Positions 39,999 to 50,815 of a DNA stretch of 64,000 bases are shown piece after piece. Under the pieces are notes generated by a model. The model saw only the letters and a program-made list of their open reading frames with translations, searched no databases and was not told the DNA's origin. Positions within the stretch are counted from its first letter, which is position 1; each line of letters opens with the position of its first letter. The stretch spans positions 384,001 to 448,000 of the forward strand of contig CBDCQT010000013.1 of assembly GCA_965220745.1 (NCBI GenBank). The letters are read 5' to 3'. Source of the DNA: Alphaproteobacteria bacterium. Lineage in GTDB: Bacteria; Pseudomonadota; Alphaproteobacteria; UBA828. The position numbers were made by a program, and so were the translations under genes.

Positions 39999-40979
39999 TT
40001 ACAGAAGCTCCATATCGCTCAGCAGCTTCTGGATCGCCGGCTCGTTCATGTTCTCCAGCGTCACCACCGCCGCCGGAATGGCCACGACGCGCGGCTCGAT
40101 CGTCTCGCCCTTGATGATCTTGTCCAAGGTGTAGACGCCGTCGTATCCCATCTTGAACGGGTCCTGCAGGACGAGCGCGTCGATATAGCCCTCCTTGAAC
40201 AGCTCGAACTCTTCGGCCGAGCTGTCGAAGGCGACGATGCGGAGATCGAGTTCCCTCTGCTTGGAAAGCTGACCCGCGCCGGTGCCGGCGCCGTCGCACG
40301 CACCATAGAAGCCGACGAGGTCGGGATTGCCGGTGTGCATGTCGGTGGCGATGTTCAGTGCCTTGGCCGGCTTGCATTCCGAGTACTGCACCGGCAGCAC
40401 CTCGATGTCGGGATAGTTCTTCATCTCCTCGACGAAGCCGTTCTCGCGCTCGTACCCGGTCTGGGAGCCGGCGGTGATGCCGATGTCGCCGACCTTGCCC
40501 TTGCCGCCGATCAGCCCCGCCAGGTGCTTGGCTGCGGCCCTGGCGGCGCCGATGTTGTCGGTGGCGATGTAGGCGAGCGAGGTGTCGGGGTCGATGCCGG
40601 AATCCACCGTGATCACCGGCACGCCGGCCTCGATGGCCTTGGTCACCGGGTCGGACAGCGCCTTGGCGTCGGTTGCGGCGATGAGGATGCCGTCGATCCT
40701 GCGCGTCACCATGTCGTTGACCAGGTTGATCTGGCCCGCGATCTGTGTCTGGTCCTGGGTGCCGACATAGAGGACCTCGTAGCCGAGCTCCGCGCCGGCC
40801 TTCTCCGCGCCCCGCTTGATGGCAAGCCAGAACGACGAATCGGTCGATTTCGGGATCCACGCCAAGGTCTTGTCCGCCGCGAACGCGTCGGAGCCGAACC
40901 CTGCCGCCGACACTGCGGCGATAACGGCGGCCGCGGCCACCGCGCGTAAAGACCTGATGATGGAAACGCGCAATTTCAT
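39999..40979 (-). CDS. Sugar ABC transporter substrate-binding protein (RbsB-like)
   Basis: Signal peptide, PKSTDSSFW, IATDN, RENGF, VAFD, QDPFKMGY; GGAGGAG RBS. Confidence 0.9.
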   Translation of the reverse strand: MKLRVSIIRSLRAVAAAAVIAAVSAAGFGSDAFAADKTLAWIPKSTDSSFWLAIKRGAEKAGAELGYEVLYVGTQDQTQIAGQINLVNDMVTRRIDGILIAATDAKALSDPVTKAIEAGVPVITVDSGIDPDTSLAYIATDNIGAARAAAKHLAGLIGGKGKVGDIGITAGSQTGYERENGFVEEMKNYPDIEVLPVQYSECKPAKALNIATDMHTGNPDLVGFYGACDGAGTGAGQLSKQRELDLRIVAFDSSAEEFELFKEGYIDALVLQDPFKMGYDGVYTLDKIIKGETIEPRVVAIPAAVVTLENMNEPAIQKLLSDMELL

Positions 40980-41030
40980 GGTTTCTCCTCCCATTACGGC
41001 ACACGCGCCGATTACCGGCGCGTGGCCTCG

Positions 41031-42056
41031 TTATTGTTCTCCACCGCGCCTCAGACGCCGCCAATTGTCGATGTAGACGGCGGCGATGAGGATAGCACCG
41101 ATGGCCACTAGCTGCCAGAAGGCGTACACGCCGAGCACGTTCAGCCCATTGCGCAGCGTGGCGATGATGAGCGCCCCGATCCACGACGCGATCAGGCTGC
41201 CCTGGCCGCCGAAGAGGCTGGTTCCGCCGATCACCACGGCGGCGATCGAGTCGAGTTCGTAGCCCACCCCGCCCGCCGGCTGGCCGCTGCCGATGCGCGA
41301 GGCTTCGGTGAGGCCGGCGATGCCGGCGGTAACGCCGCTCAGGCCGTAGATCAGGATCAGGTAGAGCGGGACGTTGACGCCCGAGACCTTGGTCGCCTGC
41401 TCGTTGCTCCCGATCGAGACGGTGTAGCGGCCGAGCCGGGTGCGCAGCAGCACGAACACGCCGATCGCGTAGAGCCCCAGCGTGGCGATTGTCGGCACCG
41501 GCACCACCCCCCAGACGCGGCCCTGGCCCAGAATCTCGAAGCCGTCCGCCACCCTGAAGATGGGAATGCCTTCGGTGATGATCAGCGCGTAGCCGCGGGC
41601 GATCCCCATCATGCCGAGGGTCGCGACGAAGGGCGGGATGCGGAGATAGCCGACCGCGACGCCGTTGGCCGCGCCGAAGAAGGCGCCGACGACGATTCCG
41701 GCGATGACGCCGGCGCCGAGGCCGTATCCCGCGTCCATCACCATGGTGGACGTGACCGCGGAGGCGGCGAGGATCGCGCCGACCGAGAGGTCGATGCCCT
41801 TGGAGAGGATGACGAAGGTCTGCCCCACCGCGATCAGCGCGATCACGGCGGCCTGGACGGTGATCTCGAACAGGTTGCTGACGGTGAAGAAGTAGGGCGA
41901 GAGCTGCGACAGGATCAGCCACAGCAGGAGCAGGATGCCGGCGGTGAAGACCGTGGGGTTCTCGATGATCGCGCGTTCCACCGCGCCAAGGAGACGCCCG
42001 GCAGGCGATTTCGGGTCCAAGCCCAGGAAGCGGGTCGTCAGGTCGGGACGAGCCAA
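41031..42056 (-). CDS. Sugar ABC transporter permease (RbsC-like)
   Basis: GIDLSVG, IPPFVATLG, GSNEQATKVSGV, YELDSIAAVVIGGTSL.GG; TTG start. Confidence 0.9.
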   Translation of the reverse strand: MARPDLTTRFLGLDPKSPAGRLLGAVERAIIENPTVFTAGILLLLWLILSQLSPYFFTVSNLFEITVQAAVIALIAVGQTFVILSKGIDLSVGAILAASAVTSTMVMDAGYGLGAGVIAGIVVGAFFGAANGVAVGYLRIPPFVATLGMMGIARGYALIITEGIPIFRVADGFEILGQGRVWGVVPVPTIATLGLYAIGVFVLLRTRLGRYTVSIGSNEQATKVSGVNVPLYLILIYGLSGVTAGIAGLTEASRIGSGQPAGGVGYELDSIAAVVIGGTSLFGGQGSLIASWIGALIIATLRNGLNVLGVYAFWQLVAIGAILIAAVYIDNWRRLRRGGEQ

Positions 42057-42228
42057 ACCATGCCCTCGCGCAACGTACCGGGCTCGACTCTAGGCAAGTG
42101 CGCGGAGGCGCGCAATTTCGCGCCCTGCCACACACGACTGCGCGCTGCGGCGGTAACGACGTGGAGTGAACGGGAGAAACCGGATTGTGAGCCCCGACAG
42201 GCAGTCGGGTGCCGGGGGAAGATACTGC

Positions 42229-42714
42229 CTACAGCGTCGCGCTCAGCGCCTTCGCCGCCTCAATCTCTTCGGCGGTCATCAGCGCCGCGACCGACTCGAG
42301 GATCAGCTGGGCGTTCGGGCTCTTCTTCTCGGCTGCCCGGTGAAGCCAGGCGTAGGCGCGCACGAGGTCGCGGGGCACCTCGCTGCCGCGCGCATACATC
42401 GTGCCGAGCAGGATCTGCGCCTCGGTGAGCCCGGCGCTGGCCGCCTGCTCGTACCAGGGCACTGCGTCAGCGGGCTCGCCCTTGATCTGATAGGCCATGC
42501 CGAGCGCGTATGCCGCCTGAAAATTGCCGGCCTCGGCGAGTGGCTGCCATTCGCCGATTGCCGTCTCGTAGTCGCCGGCCGTGTACGCCTGCCAGCCCGC
42601 CTGCATGTCCGCCCGCGCGGGGACGGACGCGTGCACGAACGCCAGCGACAGAAGCAGACCTGCCGCGACCGCCAGCATCCCGCCGGTGCGCCGGCGGTGC
42701 AGCCCGGAAGACAT
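42229..42714 (-). CDS. Secreted Sel1-repeat protein
   Basis: Signal peptide; AYTAGDYETA...PLAEAG..AAYALG, AQILLGTMYARG..VPRDLVRAYAW. Confidence 0.85.
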   Translation of the reverse strand: MSSGLHRRRTGGMLAVAAGLLLSLAFVHASVPARADMQAGWQAYTAGDYETAIGEWQPLAEAGNFQAAYALGMAYQIKGEPADAVPWYEQAASAGLTEAQILLGTMYARGSEVPRDLVRAYAWLHRAAEKKSPNAQLILESVAALMTAEEIEAAKALSATL

Positions 42715-42731
42715 GCAGAATCCTGCGGGTT

Positions 42732-42899
42732 CTATTTGATCTTCGCTTCCTTGAAGACCACGTGCTTGCGGGCGACGGGGTCGAACTTGCGGAGCGAAAG
42801 CTTCTCGGTCTGAGTGCGCGGGTTCTTGCGTGTCGTGTAGTAGAACCCCGTACCCGCCGAGCTGACGAGCTTGATCAGGATGCTGTTGGCCTTGGCCAT
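42732..42899 (-). CDS. rpmG: 50S ribosomal protein L33 (Cys-free type)
   Basis: Too short for the track; read by hand: [55 protein letters not shown]. Confidence 0.97.
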   Translation of the reverse strand: MAKANSILIKLVSSAGTGFYYTTRKNPRTQTEKLSLRKFDPVARKHVVFKEAKIK

Positions 42900-43003
42900 T
42901 GGTTATGCTCGGCTATTTGGTGTCGCGGACGCGGCGACATTACCGCGCGGTTACAAACTGTCAAGCGGCGGAACGAAGAGGCCGCCCCGCCGCCAGATCA
43001 GAA

Positions 43004-43555
43004 TCACTCTGCCGCTTGAGAACCCTCGAGCAGCACGAGGTCGCCGTGCTCGTCGAGGCCGATGCCGTGGCGTCGCCCTTCCTCGATGGTCTCCTCGGGC
43101 CAGTGCACTTTGCCCGGATCGGTGCCGCCGACCACCGCCAGCATGAGCGCCGTTTCGTCGCCCGCGTTGCGGAAGCCCCGGCTTGCGCCGATGGGGACCG
43201 ACACGGTGTCGTAAGGCTCCAGCACCACCTCGTGGCGCTGGCCGTCGCTGTTCTGCCAGTAGATGCCCCACTTGCCGGTCAGCGGAATGAACACCTCGTT
43301 GGTCTCGTGAATGTGCAACGAGGCGCCCTTGCCGGGATCGGCCTTGATCAGGCCGACATTGAAGTCGCGGTTGTCGGTGATCGGGGGCTTGAGCTCTTTG
43401 TCCTCGACCACGCCGCGGCCGATGATGTTGAAGATGTCGCGCTCGTAGCCCGGAATCAGCGCATCGACGAACGCATGGGCGCTCGACTTCAGGTCCTTGT
43501 AGCGGGCGACTCGCTCGCTCTCCATGTACTCGGGGCTGACATCGATCCGTTCCAT
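43004..43555 (-). CDS. Cupin-domain protein
   Basis: PGKGASLHIHETNEVF and SVPIG..RGFRN cupin motifs; AGGAG RBS before ATG 43555. Confidence 0.85.
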   Translation of the reverse strand: MERIDVSPEYMESERVARYKDLKSSAHAFVDALIPGYERDIFNIIGRGVVEDKELKPPITDNRDFNVGLIKADPGKGASLHIHETNEVFIPLTGKWGIYWQNSDGQRHEVVLEPYDTVSVPIGASRGFRNAGDETALMLAVVGGTDPGKVHWPEETIEEGRRHGIGLDEHGDLVLLEGSQAAE

Positions 43556-43654
43556 GGCGAAGCTCCTGCTGCTGTCATGCACCTCTAGAGGCCGGCTCGG
43601 CCGGCGTCCCGGCTCCCGTGGCGGGTCGTCGTAAACGGGTGTGTGCCCGCCTCC

Positions 43655-44305
43655 TCAGTAAAGTTCGGTGCGATAGTTCTCCTCGACGAACTCGTCGGTT
43701 TCCTTGACCGTTTCCTCCGAAGGCGGCTCCTCCGGCGGCGCCGTCTGCTCTAGGATGATCCGGCCCAGCGACGGCATTTCGCGGCGGTTCTGCCTGCTCT
43801 CCTCGTCCCAAAGCCGCGAGCGCTTGAACGCCTTGGCGCAGTGCAGGAAGGCTTCCTGGACCTCGACCTTGATGCCGACCTTCGGCTCCTTGCCTTTGAC
43901 CACGGCGGCCTGGGCCAGCGCCTCGTCGCGGATGATCGTCGCCTTGCCGTTCACCCGCAGCGTGTCGTCGAAGCCGGGGACCAGAAACAGCAGGCCGACG
44001 TTCGGGTTCTCGATGATGTTGGTCATCGTATCGAGCCGGTTGTTGCCGGGCCTGTCCGGGATGAAGAGCGTGTTGTCGTCGAGCACCTGAACGAAGCCCG
44101 GCGGGTCGCCGCGCGGCGAGACGTCGGCGCGGCCGCTTTCGCCGCTGGTGCCGATGCAGAGAAACGGCGAGCGGCTGATGAAATCCTTGCAGTGCTTGTC
44201 CAACGAGGGGATGCACTTCTTCACCGAGATTTCCATGGTCTCGCCCATGGTCTCGCGCAGGTCGTCTTCCTGCTCGAAAACGCGTGTCTCTCCGGTGTCG
44301 TCCAT
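43655..44305 (-). CDS. FMN-binding pyridoxamine 5'-phosphate oxidase-fold protein (MSMEG_1061-like)
   Basis: DVSPRGDPPGF, IPDRPGNNRLD, LRVNG, HCAKAFKRSRLW. Confidence 0.88.
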   Translation of the reverse strand: MDDTGETRVFEQEDDLRETMGETMEISVKKCIPSLDKHCKDFISRSPFLCIGTSGESGRADVSPRGDPPGFVQVLDDNTLFIPDRPGNNRLDTMTNIIENPNVGLLFLVPGFDDTLRVNGKATIIRDEALAQAAVVKGKEPKVGIKVEVQEAFLHCAKAFKRSRLWDEESRQNRREMPSLGRIILEQTAPPEEPPSEETVKETDEFVEENYRTELY

Positions 44306-44479
44306 CGCGCCCGGCTCCCAGTCCTTTCGCTATAATCCTCGGAGTCTAGCAAAGTGCGCCCCGTCGGGCCATCGCTCGCTGTCCCGCCGTCCCCGCATGG
44401 CCGCAGCGCGTGACCGCGGCGGCGCCCTGTGGCATCTATCGAGTGTTCGCGCTGTCCATCGATTCGTTAGGACCCTGCC

Positions 44480-47400
44480 ATGAGCCACGCCGATTTCGTC
44501 CACCTCAGGGTCCGCACCGCCTATTCGCTGCTGGAGGGCGCGATCAGGCTCGACGAGCTGGTCGAGACCTGCCGCGACTGGCGGATGCCCGCTTGCGCCA
44601 TCGCCGATCGCGGCAACATGTTCGGCGCCTTGGCCTTCTCGGAGGCTTGCACCGGGGCCGGTGTGCAGCCCATCGTCGGCTGCGACCTCGCGATCGGCAC
44701 GCGCACGGAGCAGCCCGGCCAGCAGGGCCGCGCAGCATCGTGGCTCCTGCTACTCGCCCAGGACGAGACCGGCTATCGAAACCTGACCGCGCTGACCAGC
44801 GACGCCTACCTGCAGGACGGCGCCGGCGGGCAACCTCTCGTCACCCTGGACGAGCTGGCGGCGCGGGCGGAGGGTCTGCTCGCGCTCACGGGCGGCCCCG
44901 CCGGGCCGGTCGGGCGTCTCCTCATCGACGGTCAGGTCAATGCCGCGCGCGCGCTGCTGGTGCAGCTCGGCGAGATCTTTCCCGGCCGGCTCTATGTCGA
45001 GCTCATGCGCCACGGTTTGCCGGAGGAGGAGCAGATCGAGGCGCAGCTGATCGCGCTCGCCGATGAGCTCGACCTGCCGCTGGTCGCGACTAACGACGCC
45101 TATTTCCTGCGTGCGGAGACCTACGAGGCCCATGACGCGCTTCTCTGCATCGCCCAGAACAGCCATGTCGAGGACGAGAACCGGCGCCGGCTCACCCCGC
45201 AGCACCGCTTCCGCCCGGCAGACGAGATGCGAGCGCTCTTCGCCGACCTGCCGGAGGCCGTCGACAACACCCTGGTCGTCGCCCGGCGCTGCGCCGTCAT
45301 GGCACCGACGCGGAAGCCGATCCTGCCGGTCTTCCCCACCGCTGGCGAGGCGAGCGAGGCCGACGCCTTGCGCGCCCAGGCGGAAGAGGGATTGGAGCGC
45401 CGCCTGCAAGCGCAGGTCTACAGCGCGGACATGGACGATGCGGCACGCGAGGCGGCAGCGGCGCCCTATCGCGAGCGCCTCGCCTACGAGCTCGGCGTCA
45501 TCATCGAGATGCAATTCGCGGGCTACTTCCTCATCGTCGCCGACATTGTGCGCTGGGCGCGGGGCGAGGGGATTCCGGTGGGCCCCGGCCGAGGCTCGGG
45601 CGCGGGCTCCGTGGTGGCCTGGTCGCTCACCATCACCGATCTCGACCCGCTCCGCTTCGGCCTTCTGTTCGAGCGTTTTCTCAATCCCGAGCGGGTGTCG
45701 ATGCCGGATTTCGACATCGACTTCTGCCCCGAGCGCCGCGACGAGGTGATCGACTACGTCTGCCGGCGCTACGGCAAGGACCGCGTCGCCCAGATCATCA
45801 CCTTCGGCAAGCTCCAGGCCCGCGCGGTGCTGCGCGATGTCGGCCGCGTGCTCGGCCTCGGCTACGGCCGGGTCGATCGGCTCTGCAAGCTGGTCCCCTA
45901 TAACCCCGCCAACCCGGTGACCCTGCAGCAGGCGCTGGACAACGAACCCCGGCTCAAGGCCGAGCGCGACGACGATGTGACGGTCGCGCGCCTGATCGAG
46001 ATATCGCTCCAGCTCGAAGGGCTGTACCGCCACGCCTCGACTCACGCCGCAGGTATCGTGATTGGCGACCGGCCCCTCAGCGAGCTCGTGCCGCTTTATC
46101 GCGACCCGCGCTCGGAGATGCCGGCGACCCAGTTCTCGATGAAGTACGCCGAGATGTCCGGGCTGGTGAAGTTCGACCTGCTGGGTCTCAAGACCCTCAC
46201 GGTGCTCGATCATGCGAGCGCAATGCTGCACGAGGCCGACGTCGAGATCGATATCGATGCGCTCCCGCTCGACGATCAGAAGACCTACAAGATGCTGGGC
46301 AGCGGCGCCGCAATGGGGGTGTTCCAGCTGGAGAGCGCGGGCATGCGGGACGCGCTGCGCAGCCTCAAGCCGGACTGCATCGAGGACATCATCGCCCTCG
46401 TCGCGCTCTACCGCCCAGGCCCGATGGACAACATTCCCCGCTACATCGCCTGCAAGCACGGCAAGGAGAAGCCGGACTATCTGCACCCGATGCTGACCGG
46501 CCTCCTGGAGGAGACCTTTGGCGTCATCATCTACCAGGAGCAGGTGATGGAGATCGCCAAAGTTCTCGCCGGCTATAGCCTGGGCTCCGCCGACCTGCTG
46601 CGCCGCGCCATGGGCAAGAAGATCAAGGCGGAGATGGATGCCCAGCGGGAGACCTTCGTGAATGGCGCGCTCGCCAACGACGTCGCCCGCAATGATGCGA
46701 CCCGCATCTTCGAGCTGGTGGCGAAGTTCGCCGGCTACGGCTTCAACAAGTCCCACGCCGCGGCCTACGCGCTGGTCGCCTACCAGACCGCGTACCTCAA
46801 GGCCAACCACCCGGTCGAATTCATGGCGGCTTCCATGAGCCTGGAGATCAACAACACCGACCGGCTGGAATTGTTCCGCCGGGAGCTGGAGCGGCTCGGG
46901 ATTCCCCTGCTGCCGCCCGACATCAACGCCTCGCGGGCGACCTTCTCGGTCGAGGGCCAGGCCGATGGCACCAAGGCAATCCGCTATGCGCTTGGCGCGA
47001 TCAGGAACGTCGGCGTGCAGGCGATGACGGCACTCGCAGAAGAGCGCGAGGCGAATGGGCCGTTTGCCGATCCCTTCGATTTCGCCGGCCGGGTCGATCC
47101 GCATCAGATTAACCGCCGCCAGATCGAGAATCTGGCGAAGGCCGGCGCCTTCGACAGCCTCACGCCGAACCGCAAGCAGATGGCGGAGGGCGCCGAGGTG
47201 CTTCTCGCCTATTCGGGACAGGCCAAGCTTTCGCGCTCCCAGGCCTCGCTCTTCGACGAGTCCGACGCGTCGCTCGCGCCGAGGCCGCGCCTGCCGGAGC
47301 AGGAGGACTGGGACCAGAACGAGAAGCTGGCGGCGGAGCACGAGGCGGTCGGCTTCTATCTCTCCGCCCATCCCCTCGATTCCTACGAGGACGCGCTGAA

Positions 47401-47953
47401 GGGCCTCTCGGTCACGCCTGCCGCCGAGGTGGCGCAGCAGGTGGCGCGAGGCATCACGCGCTTCCGCTTGGCTGGGATGGTGCTGAACGTCAGGGAGCGC
47501 GGGCCGGGCTCGCGGCGCTACGCCTTCATCCAGCTTTCCGACCCGAGCGGCAGCTTCGAGGTGGCGGCTTTCCGCGAGACCTACGGCGAGGGCCGCGACG
47601 TGCTGGAGCCCGGCAAGCCGGTTCTGGTGACCGCGCAGGCCCGCATCGAGGGCGAGGAGGTCAAGCTCTCCGCTCAGAGCTTCGACGACCTGGACGCCCG
47701 GCTCGCGCGCAATCTCACCGGCCTCGCGGTGCATGTGAACGACCCGGATGCGGTGACGCCGCTCGGTGACCTTCTTGCAAGCCAGCGGCAGGGCAGCGGC
47801 CGCATCGTGCTCTTCGTCGAGACCGGCGGCGAGGGCACGGTCGAGATCGAGCTGCCCACGGCGTATCCGCTGAGCCCCGCTCTCAGGAACGAGATCGGCG
47901 CGCTCGCCGGAGTCACGACCGTCCAGGAACTTTCGGCGGCACGGGCCGGCTAA
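44480..47953 (+). CDS. dnaE: DNA polymerase III alpha subunit
   Basis: FVHLRV..AYSLLEG, GPGRGSGAGS, RVSMPDFDIDF, STHAAG, YGFNKSHA. Confidence 0.97.
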   Translation: MSHADFVHLRVRTAYSLLEGAIRLDELVETCRDWRMPACAIADRGNMFGALAFSEACTGAGVQPIVGCDLAIGTRTEQPGQQGRAASWLLLLAQDETGYRNLTALTSDAYLQDGAGGQPLVTLDELAARAEGLLALTGGPAGPVGRLLIDGQVNAARALLVQLGEIFPGRLYVELMRHGLPEEEQIEAQLIALADELDLPLVATNDAYFLRAETYEAHDALLCIAQNSHVEDENRRRLTPQHRFRPADEMRALFADLPEAVDNTLVVARRCAVMAPTRKPILPVFPTAGEASEADALRAQAEEGLERRLQAQVYSADMDDAAREAAAAPYRERLAYELGVIIEMQFAGYFLIVADIVRWARGEGIPVGPGRGSGAGSVVAWSLTITDLDPLRFGLLFERFLNPERVSMPDFDIDFCPERRDEVIDYVCRRYGKDRVAQIITFGKLQARAVLRDVGRVLGLGYGRVDRLCKLVPYNPANPVTLQQALDNEPRLKAERDDDVTVARLIEISLQLEGLYRHASTHAAGIVIGDRPLSELVPLYRDPRSEMPATQFSMKYAEMSGLVKFDLLGLKTLTVLDHASAMLHEADVEIDIDALPLDDQKTYKMLGSGAAMGVFQLESAGMRDALRSLKPDCIEDIIALVALYRPGPMDNIPRYIACKHGKEKPDYLHPMLTGLLEETFGVIIYQEQVMEIAKVLAGYSLGSADLLRRAMGKKIKAEMDAQRETFVNGALANDVARNDATRIFELVAKFAGYGFNKSHAAAYALVAYQTAYLKANHPVEFMAASMSLEINNTDRLELFRRELERLGIPLLPPDINASRATFSVEGQADGTKAIRYALGAIRNVGVQAMTALAEEREANGPFADPFDFAGRVDPHQINRRQIENLAKAGAFDSLTPNRKQMAEGAEVLLAYSGQAKLSRSQASLFDESDASLAPRPRLPEQEDWDQNEKLAAEHEAVGFYLSAHPLDSYEDALKGLSVTPAAEVAQQVARGITRFRLAGMVLNVRERGPGSRRYAFIQLSDPSGSFEVAAFRETYGEGRDVLEPGKPVLVTAQARIEGEEVKLSAQSFDDLDARLARNLTGLAVHVNDPDAVTPLGDLLASQRQGSGRIVLFVETGGEGTVEIELPTAYPLSPALRNEIGALAGVTTVQELSAARAG

Positions 47954-47968
47954 AGACCGGTTCAGGCC

Positions 47969-47997
47969 TTGCGCGCCCGGGGCGCCGGCGCTATCAA
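47969..47997 (+). promoter_or_regulatory. Candidate sigma70 promoter for rpsB-tsf
   Basis: TTGCGC-N17-TATCAA, followed by a GC-rich structured leader before rpsB. Confidence 0.5.
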
Positions 47998-48120
47998 GCG
48001 CCCACCTGCGTAGAGCAGGAATTCACACGCGGAAGACGGCACCCCGGAGGGCGTGCCGATCCGGTGCCCGGCCCAGCCGGGGCATGATCCGCGGAGGAGG
48101 AACCGGAGAAAGGACGGCCA

Positions 48121-49101
48121 ATGGCTTTGCCAGAATTCACCATGCGCCAGCTTCTAGAAGCCGGCGTGCATTTCGGGCACCAGACCAGGCGTTGGAACCC
48201 GAAGATGCGCCCCTATCTGTTCGGCGCGCGCAACGGCGTTCACGTCATCGATCTCGAACAGACCGTGCCGCTGCTTCATCAGGCGCTGGTTTCCCTGCGC
48301 GACGTGGCCGCCGGCGGCGGGCGCATCCTCTTCGTCGGCACCAAGCGGCAGGCGTCTCGGCCGATCGCGGAGACCGCCAAGCGTTGCGGCCAGTACTACG
48401 TCAACCACCGCTGGCTGGGCGGCATGCTGACCAACTGGAAGGCGATCTCGGGCTCGATCAAGACCCTCGCCGACCTCGAAGCGACGCTTGCCGACGAGTC
48501 CGCAGGCCTGACCAAAAAGGAAATGCTGCAGCTGGTCCGGCGCCGCAACAAGCTCGACCTCGCACTCGGCGGCATCCGCGACATGGGCGGCGTGCCGGAC
48601 ATGCTCGTGGTCATCGACACCAACAAGGAAGACATCGCGATCCTGGAGGCGCGCAAGCTGGGCATCCCGGTGGTCGCGATCATCGACAGCAATTGCGATC
48701 CCGACCTCATCACCCACCCGGTTCCCGGTAACGACGACGCGATCCGCGCGATCAACCTCTATTGCGACCTGTTCGCCCGCGCGGTCATCGACGGCTTGCA
48801 GGAGGAGCTTGCCGCTTCCGGCGCCGACATCGGCGCTGCCGAGGAAGGGCTGGCCGAGGACCTGCCGCCGGCCGATGCCGAGGCAACCGCCGACGCTCCC
48901 GCCGAAGCGGCTGCGGAGGCCGAGAAGTCACCGGCCGATGGCGATGCGGCGCCGGAAGCCCCTGCGGAGGCCGCCGCGACACCGGAGGCGGCCGAGGCAT
49001 CGGACGCGCCGGCTGCGCCGGAAGCTCCGGAAGCGGCTCAGGCGGCCGAAGCGAACGCAGCGCCGGAAGGCGGAGAGGCAGAGCAGGCGGCAGGCGCGTG
49101 A
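48121..49101 (+). CDS. rpsB: 30S ribosomal protein S2 (with Ala/Glu/Pro-rich C-terminal extension)
   Basis: [37 protein letters not shown]. Confidence 0.98.
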   Translation: MALPEFTMRQLLEAGVHFGHQTRRWNPKMRPYLFGARNGVHVIDLEQTVPLLHQALVSLRDVAAGGGRILFVGTKRQASRPIAETAKRCGQYYVNHRWLGGMLTNWKAISGSIKTLADLEATLADESAGLTKKEMLQLVRRRNKLDLALGGIRDMGGVPDMLVVIDTNKEDIAILEARKLGIPVVAIIDSNCDPDLITHPVPGNDDAIRAINLYCDLFARAVIDGLQEELAASGADIGAAEEGLAEDLPPADAEATADAPAEAAAEAEKSPADGDAAPEAPAEAAATPEAAEASDAPAAPEAPEAAQAAEANAAPEGGEAEQAAGA

Positions 49102-49130
49102 TCGCACCGCGCATTCAGGAGTAGCGAACG

Positions 49131-50057
49131 ATGGCTCAGATCACGGCCGCGCTGGTCAAGCAACTGCGCGACAAGACCGGCGCCGGCATGATGGATTGTA
49201 AGAAGGCGCTGACCGAGACCGACGGCGAGTTGGAAGCGGCGGTCGATTGGCTGCGCAAGAGCGGCCTCGCCCAAGCCCAGCGCAAGGCCGGCCGCACCGC
49301 AGCCGAAGGGCTGATCGGGCTGGCGACGGCGCCGGGCAGGGCGGCGATGGTCGAGATCAACGCCGAGACCGACTTCGTCGCGCGCAACGGTGACTTTCAG
49401 GCGGTGGTGCGCGAGGTCGCGACATTGGCGCTGGATTGCGAGGGCGATGTCGAGCGCTTGTCTGCCGCGTCCTATCCGGGGACCGGCCGCACGGTCGCCG
49501 AGGAAATCACCAATCTCGTCGCCACCATCGGCGAGAACATTCAGCTGCGGCGGACAGCGGTCCTCTCCACGCCCTCGGGCGCGGTCGGCGACTACATCCA
49601 CATGCCGGCAACGCCGGGGCTCGGCCGGCTCGGCGTGATCGTCGCGGTCGAATCGGACGCGTCCGCCGACAGCCTTGCTCGTCCTGCCCATGAGTTCGCC
49701 ATGCACATCGCGGCCGCCAGCCCGCACGCGGTCTCGCGCGACTCCCTCGATCAGGCGATGGTCGAGCGCGAGCGCGCGGTGCTCGCGGAGCAGGCCCGCG
49801 CCGAGGGCAAGCCCGAGAAGATCATCGAGAAGATGATCGAGGGCAGGCTGCGCAAGTTCTTCGAGGAGGTCGTGCTGCTCGAGCAGACCTGGATCCTCGA
49901 TGGCGAGAGCCGGGTTAAGGCGGTGCTGGAGCGGCTTACCGCCGATCTCGGCACCTCGGTCTCCGTGAGCGGCTTCGTCCGCTACCAGCTGGGCGAGGGG
50001 ATCGAGCGGGAAAGCAAGGACTTCGCCGCCGAGGTCGCCGAGCAGCTCGGTTCTTGA
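49131..50057 (+). CDS. tsf: Elongation factor Ts
   Basis: [36 protein letters not shown]. Confidence 0.98.
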   Translation: MAQITAALVKQLRDKTGAGMMDCKKALTETDGELEAAVDWLRKSGLAQAQRKAGRTAAEGLIGLATAPGRAAMVEINAETDFVARNGDFQAVVREVATLALDCEGDVERLSAASYPGTGRTVAEEITNLVATIGENIQLRRTAVLSTPSGAVGDYIHMPATPGLGRLGVIVAVESDASADSLARPAHEFAMHIAAASPHAVSRDSLDQAMVERERAVLAEQARAEGKPEKIIEKMIEGRLRKFFEEVVLLEQTWILDGESRVKAVLERLTADLGTSVSVSGFVRYQLGEGIERESKDFAAEVAEQLGS

Positions 50058-50085
50058 GTATCAGCCTTCAGCCCCGGAGCCGGCG

Positions 50086-50805
50086 ATGACCGCTTCTCCC
50101 CGCTTCAAGCGCATCCTCCTGAAGATATCCGGCGAGGCGCTGCGGGGAAACGAGCCTTACGGCATCAATGGCGACGCGGTGGACCGCCTCGCGGGCGAGA
50201 TCGCCGAGGTCCATGAGAGGGGCGTCGAGGTCTGCGCCGTGGTCGGCGGCGGCAACATCTTTCGCGGCTCCTCCCACGAGGCCGCCGGCATGGAACGCGC
50301 CACCGCCGATTACATCGGCATGCTGGCCACGGTGATGAATGCGGTCGCCATGCAGCACGCGCTGGAGCGTATGGGCAAGGCCACCCGGGTGCTCTCTGCG
50401 CTCCCCATCGCGCCGGTCTGCGAGCCCTACATTCGCCGGCGCGGGCAGCGCCATCTGGAGAAGGGGCGGATCGTGCTCTTCGCCGGCGGCACCGGCAATC
50501 CCTTCTTCACTACCGATACGGCAGCGGCGCTGCGGGCGGCGGAGATGGGCTGCGACGCCCTGCTCAAAGGCACCAAGGTCGACGGAGTCTACGCCGCCGA
50601 TCCCGAGGTCGACGCTGCCGCGACGCGCTTCGAGCGGCTCTCCTACATGGACGTGCTCTCCAAGGACCTGAAGGCCATGGACGCGTCGGCGATCTCGCTG
50701 GCGCGGGAAAACGACATTCCGATTGTGGTATTCTCCATTCAGAAGAAGGGCGGGCTCGCCGCCGTACTGGACGGGAACGGACCCTTCACCGTCATCTCTG
50801 ACTAG
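50086..50805 (+). CDS. pyrH: UMP kinase
   Basis: [33 protein letters not shown]. Confidence 0.97.
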   Translation: MTASPRFKRILLKISGEALRGNEPYGINGDAVDRLAGEIAEVHERGVEVCAVVGGGNIFRGSSHEAAGMERATADYIGMLATVMNAVAMQHALERMGKATRVLSALPIAPVCEPYIRRRGQRHLEKGRIVLFAGGTGNPFFTTDTAAALRAAEMGCDALLKGTKVDGVYAADPEVDAAATRFERLSYMDVLSKDLKAMDASAISLARENDIPIVVFSIQKKGGLAAVLDGNGPFTVISD

Positions 50806-50815
50806 GGCTGCCGCG

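Noticed and set aside
38842-42135. 1097-aa minus-strand ORF as one giant protein
   Set aside because: Only the last 347 codons (from ATG 39885) look like a real protein. The rest is an off-frame shadow of the sugar permease and binding protein genes, as expected in high-GC DNA.
43655-44305. PNPOx-fold gene (and the SDR at 28347) as part of the B6 pathway
   Set aside because: The family name reflects a fold, not a substrate, and neither gene is in the lactonase operon.
44750-47734. 994-aa antisense ORF, and similar long antisense ORFs such as 31679-34276 and 24209-26062
   Set aside because: They mirror well-supported genes on the opposite strand and show no family motifs.
48830-49101. Repetitive Ala/Glu/Pro tail of RpsB (also the SPOR linker and ScpB tail)
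   Set aside because: Low-complexity extensions on these proteins are common in high-GC alphaproteobacteria.
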